Positions 60,822 to 64,000 of a stretch of 64,000 bases of DNA are shown piece by piece (position 1 is the stretch's first letter; each line of letters starts with the position of its first letter). The notes below the pieces were generated by a model. It saw only the letters and a program-made list of their open reading frames with translations. It was not told where the DNA came from and searched no databases. A program made the translations under genes and the position numbers. The DNA is from the human T2T-CHM13v2.0 reference genome, Homo sapiens, in assembly GCF_009914755.1 (NCBI RefSeq), contig NC_060925.1; one strand, 5' to 3'.

Positions 60822-61419
60822 TGAAGTGGTGTCACTGTCTGGGGTAAATATCCAGGATTCACTGTCTCCCACAAAGAAGATTTAGGACACGGACACACAC
60901 CAGGAGTTCAGGAGCAGAGGTTTAATAGGCAAAGGAAAGAGAAAAGAAAATAGAGCTCTCTCTAGTAAGAAACAGGGCCTTCCGAAAGGAGGGACCAGCC
61001 AGCATCAGAGTTCACTGGATTTTATAGGCAGGCTTGGGGAAGTGGTGTCTGATTTACATAGGGCCCACAGGTGTGACATTTGCATAATGCCGGGGGGAAG
61101 GCTGGCTACGTCACCTTAATCTTGTTATGCAAATGGACTTTACACTTGACCAGGGCGTCTTGTTTGCTTTTTACTGTACACATGGCTGGCAAACAGAAGC
61201 AAAGATGGAGCCACCATTTTGAACGTGCCTGGTCCCAGGTAGCTTTCTCCCATCTGCATTCACCTGTACAAGCTTCCAGCTTGCTTGTCTATGTCTGCAG
61301 CTCAATTTTATAGGCTGCTCTTTGTTAGAAAATGATTTCAGGGCTGCTTTACATTAAAAAGAGAAACTTTATCAAGGACTCCCATACCCTGCTTATGTAG
61401 TTTCTTATCTCCTATATCA
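60822..61419 (-). mobile_element. ERV1 solo LTR (MER50-like)
   Basis: Reverse complement begins tgatatagga.. with ctaacaaagagcagcct..gctgcagacatagacaagcaagctggaagcttg; ends ..tttaccccagac..cttca; flanks caat/taat. Confidence 0.85.
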
Positions 61420-61504
61420 TAATTATGTCATCATTAAAATCTGTATCTATTCTATATCTGTATCTTTGTCTATGTCTAAATCTACATATTTAAAATTCAG
61501 TACA

Positions 61505-61830
61505 ACAATCTCACATTGCATTTAACTGTCATGTCCTTTTATTCTCCATTAATCTGGAGTAGTTTATCAATCTCTGTGTGTTCATGAGTTTGACATTCTG
61601 AAGAATGAAGGTCAGGTACTTTGTAGAATGTCCCTCGATTTAAAATTTTCTGTGACTTCCTCAAAATTAGAATCAGATTGTTATAAGAAGGCAAGGATGT
61701 CAATTTGTTCCATTACTGTCGGTGCTAACTTTAATCACTTGGTTAAGATGGTGTCTGCCAGATTTCTCCACTTCGAAGTCATGCTTTTTCCCTTTGTAAT
61801 GAACAAGAATTTTATGTGCATATACCTTGA
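61505..61830 (-). mobile_element. L1MC4-like 3' fragment
   Basis: cacttggttaagatggtgtctgccagatttctccac; tttgtagaatgtccctc. Confidence 0.7.
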
Positions 61831-62392
61831 GTCTAGGCTTCAGATGGAATTGTTTTCACATGGCATATACTTTTCTAAAATTCTGAGCAATATGCTTGGC
61901 AATTATTTTCTAGATCTCTTATAAAGTCCATTAGTAATCCCTTCATATTTGCATATCTCTTTATGTAGTTGTCCCTTTGAATTTGATATTTGTAATTTTA
62001 AATATTTCAACTTTATATAACTGACTTCAATTCTTAACCAAGATGTCTGACCATGCTTCCATGCCTGATTGCCACTTATAGCTTCCTAATTTTACTGAGT
62101 CTCTAATTACATGCTTTACACTTTTACATGTAAATATCTCTACCATATTTGAACATTGGCCATTTAGATACTTGTGTAACTTGGAATCAAATTTATGATC
62201 TTTTTTTTTAAATGAAACTCAGACATGGTAGTCCGCCTCTTTGAGTGTGCAGTGATCTTTGAATGTAAATATAGATATTTACAAAGCTGGTTATTTATAA
62301 AGTTACTGCTAGTGACATTAGAACACCTCAGCCATCTTTACGGCTGAAATGGTGCAGTAAAGGAGTAAAGCAAAAAGGAGAAAGAGATCGGG

Positions 62393-62440
62393 GGAAGTGC
62401 TGGCGGGCGGAAGTGCTGGCGGGCGGAAGTGCTGGCGGGC
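62393..62440 (+). repeat. Perfect 3x16-bp tandem repeat (ggaagtgctggcgggc)
   Basis: Three exact copies: 62393-62408, 62409-62424, 62425-62440. Confidence 0.97.
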
Positions 62441-62534
62441 AGAGATGAAAGCTTCAATCAGATTATGCAACCAACCTGAGAGACTTTCACAAAAACAGAA
62501 CCGAAGATTAAATTCCCTAAACAGAACTTAATTC

Positions 62535-62673
62535 TATCTGCTCTGCAAATTCTCCTCATTGGCCTGATCTAACCAGAAGCCAAGGACAGTGACTTTGCTG
62601 ATACAGTCCAGAAAACTTAGACTACAGGCCACAGTGCAGGCTGGAGGAGAGTTAACAATGGATCCAGTTGGGC

Positions 62674-62674
<1 letters not shown>
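62535..62674 (-). mobile_element. Old MaLR LTR fragment (MLT1J/K-like)
   Basis: cattggcctgatctaaccagaagccaagg..tgatacagtcc..ggctggaggagagt..tggatcc. Confidence 0.5.
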
Positions 62675-62707
<33 letters not shown>

Positions 62708-62864
62708 ATATATATGTGTGTATATATATGTGTGTATATATATGTGTGTATATATGTGTGTATATATATGTATATATATGTGTGTGTATATATATACACA
62801 CACATATATATACACACACATATATATACACACACACATTATATATATACACACACACACACAT
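62674..62864. repeat. (TA/TG)n then (TA/CA)n quasi-palindromic microsatellite
   Basis: TG-rich left half, CA-rich right half. Confidence 0.95.
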
Positions 62865-63553
62865 TCTACACACAATCTGTAGATTATTTGTTATCTATCC
62901 GGTCAGGATAAATTGTTCTTCAATTCATACCTTTCACAATTTTGAAAAAATATCAGCCATTACCCCTAAGACATTATCTCTCATCCTTCTTTTTGATTCT
63001 TATTTTCTTTTTCGTTTCTTATATTCCTAACTTATTCCTGACTTCTTGTGTATGTGTGTGTTTGTGAAATTTCATTTTTCTATTCTCTGTTAAATGTTCT
63101 GGAAAATTATCTCAATGTAATAATTTTTTATTAAAATTTATAGGAATTTCATTTTAAACAATAATCTGCTTCCACATTTGAAGTTCTACTTGGCTCTTTC
63201 TCCAAATCTGTGTGGTCAATAATTATTCTCATACTTTATTTCTTAAACTTTTTTATTCTTTCAAGTTAATTTTTAAATATATGGTGCATGTTTCTTTATA
63301 TTTTCAGTTCAACAATTGCAACGTATGGACTTCTTCCAAATTGAGAACTTTGAAACAAATCTTAAAAAATTAGAAAAGTGTTCACATATTTTATAGTTCA
63401 CAACTATAATTATGTGAATAAGAAACTCTTTGAGGTCCATTATATAAAGAGATAAGAATATAAAATAATTTACTAACTCAAAGTGAGATAAAATGCATAA
63501 TCATGAGTAATTGTGACTAAATGAATTTGAATACATACAGTCTTGAGACATGA

Positions 63554-63861
<308 letters not shown>

Positions 63862-64000
63862 GATTTAACATTTTAACTTACTAAAAGATTTTTATTACAT
63901 TATTCAAAGTCAACAAAAAGTTAGCAATGATACTGTCTTAAGAACTACTTTTAAATAGTCTAATTAATTTCCTAACTAAAATAATTGATTTTTATTACGT

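Noticed and set aside
62393-62440. CRISPR-like or prokaryotic repeat array
   Set aside because: No spacers and no cas genes; the window is primate DNA

Overview
AT-rich, repeat-dense primate (most likely human) genomic DNA from an olfactory receptor cluster. I recognise it as probably chr1q44, from the two OR proteins and their ~40 kb spacing. It holds two single-coding-exon class II olfactory receptors: an intact 308-aa ORF on + (11749-12675, likely OR9H1P/OR9H1) and OR14A16 on - (51654-52580; 308 aa here, with an apparent one-codon deletion in ECL2). The rest is mostly transposable elements. These include a near full-length HERV-L provirus with MLT2A LTRs and a tRNA-Leu PBS, abutting a MER66-type ERV1 remnant; several L1PA/L1PB/L1M copies (three with twin-priming-type inversions); about ten Alus; MaLR, MLT2 and MER50 LTRs; and MIR/L2 relics. 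I see no new gene system. The notable signals are small-scale: locally templated insertions, a 79-bp template-switch insert next to the HERV-L RT active site, two inverted L1s sharing non-consensus mutations, a possible 2.2-kb inversion splitting an L1PB, a candidate split-coding first exon for the + strand OR, and TE-borne regulatory motifs. Subfamily names and gene symbols come from recalled consensus or reference sequences, not from a database search.
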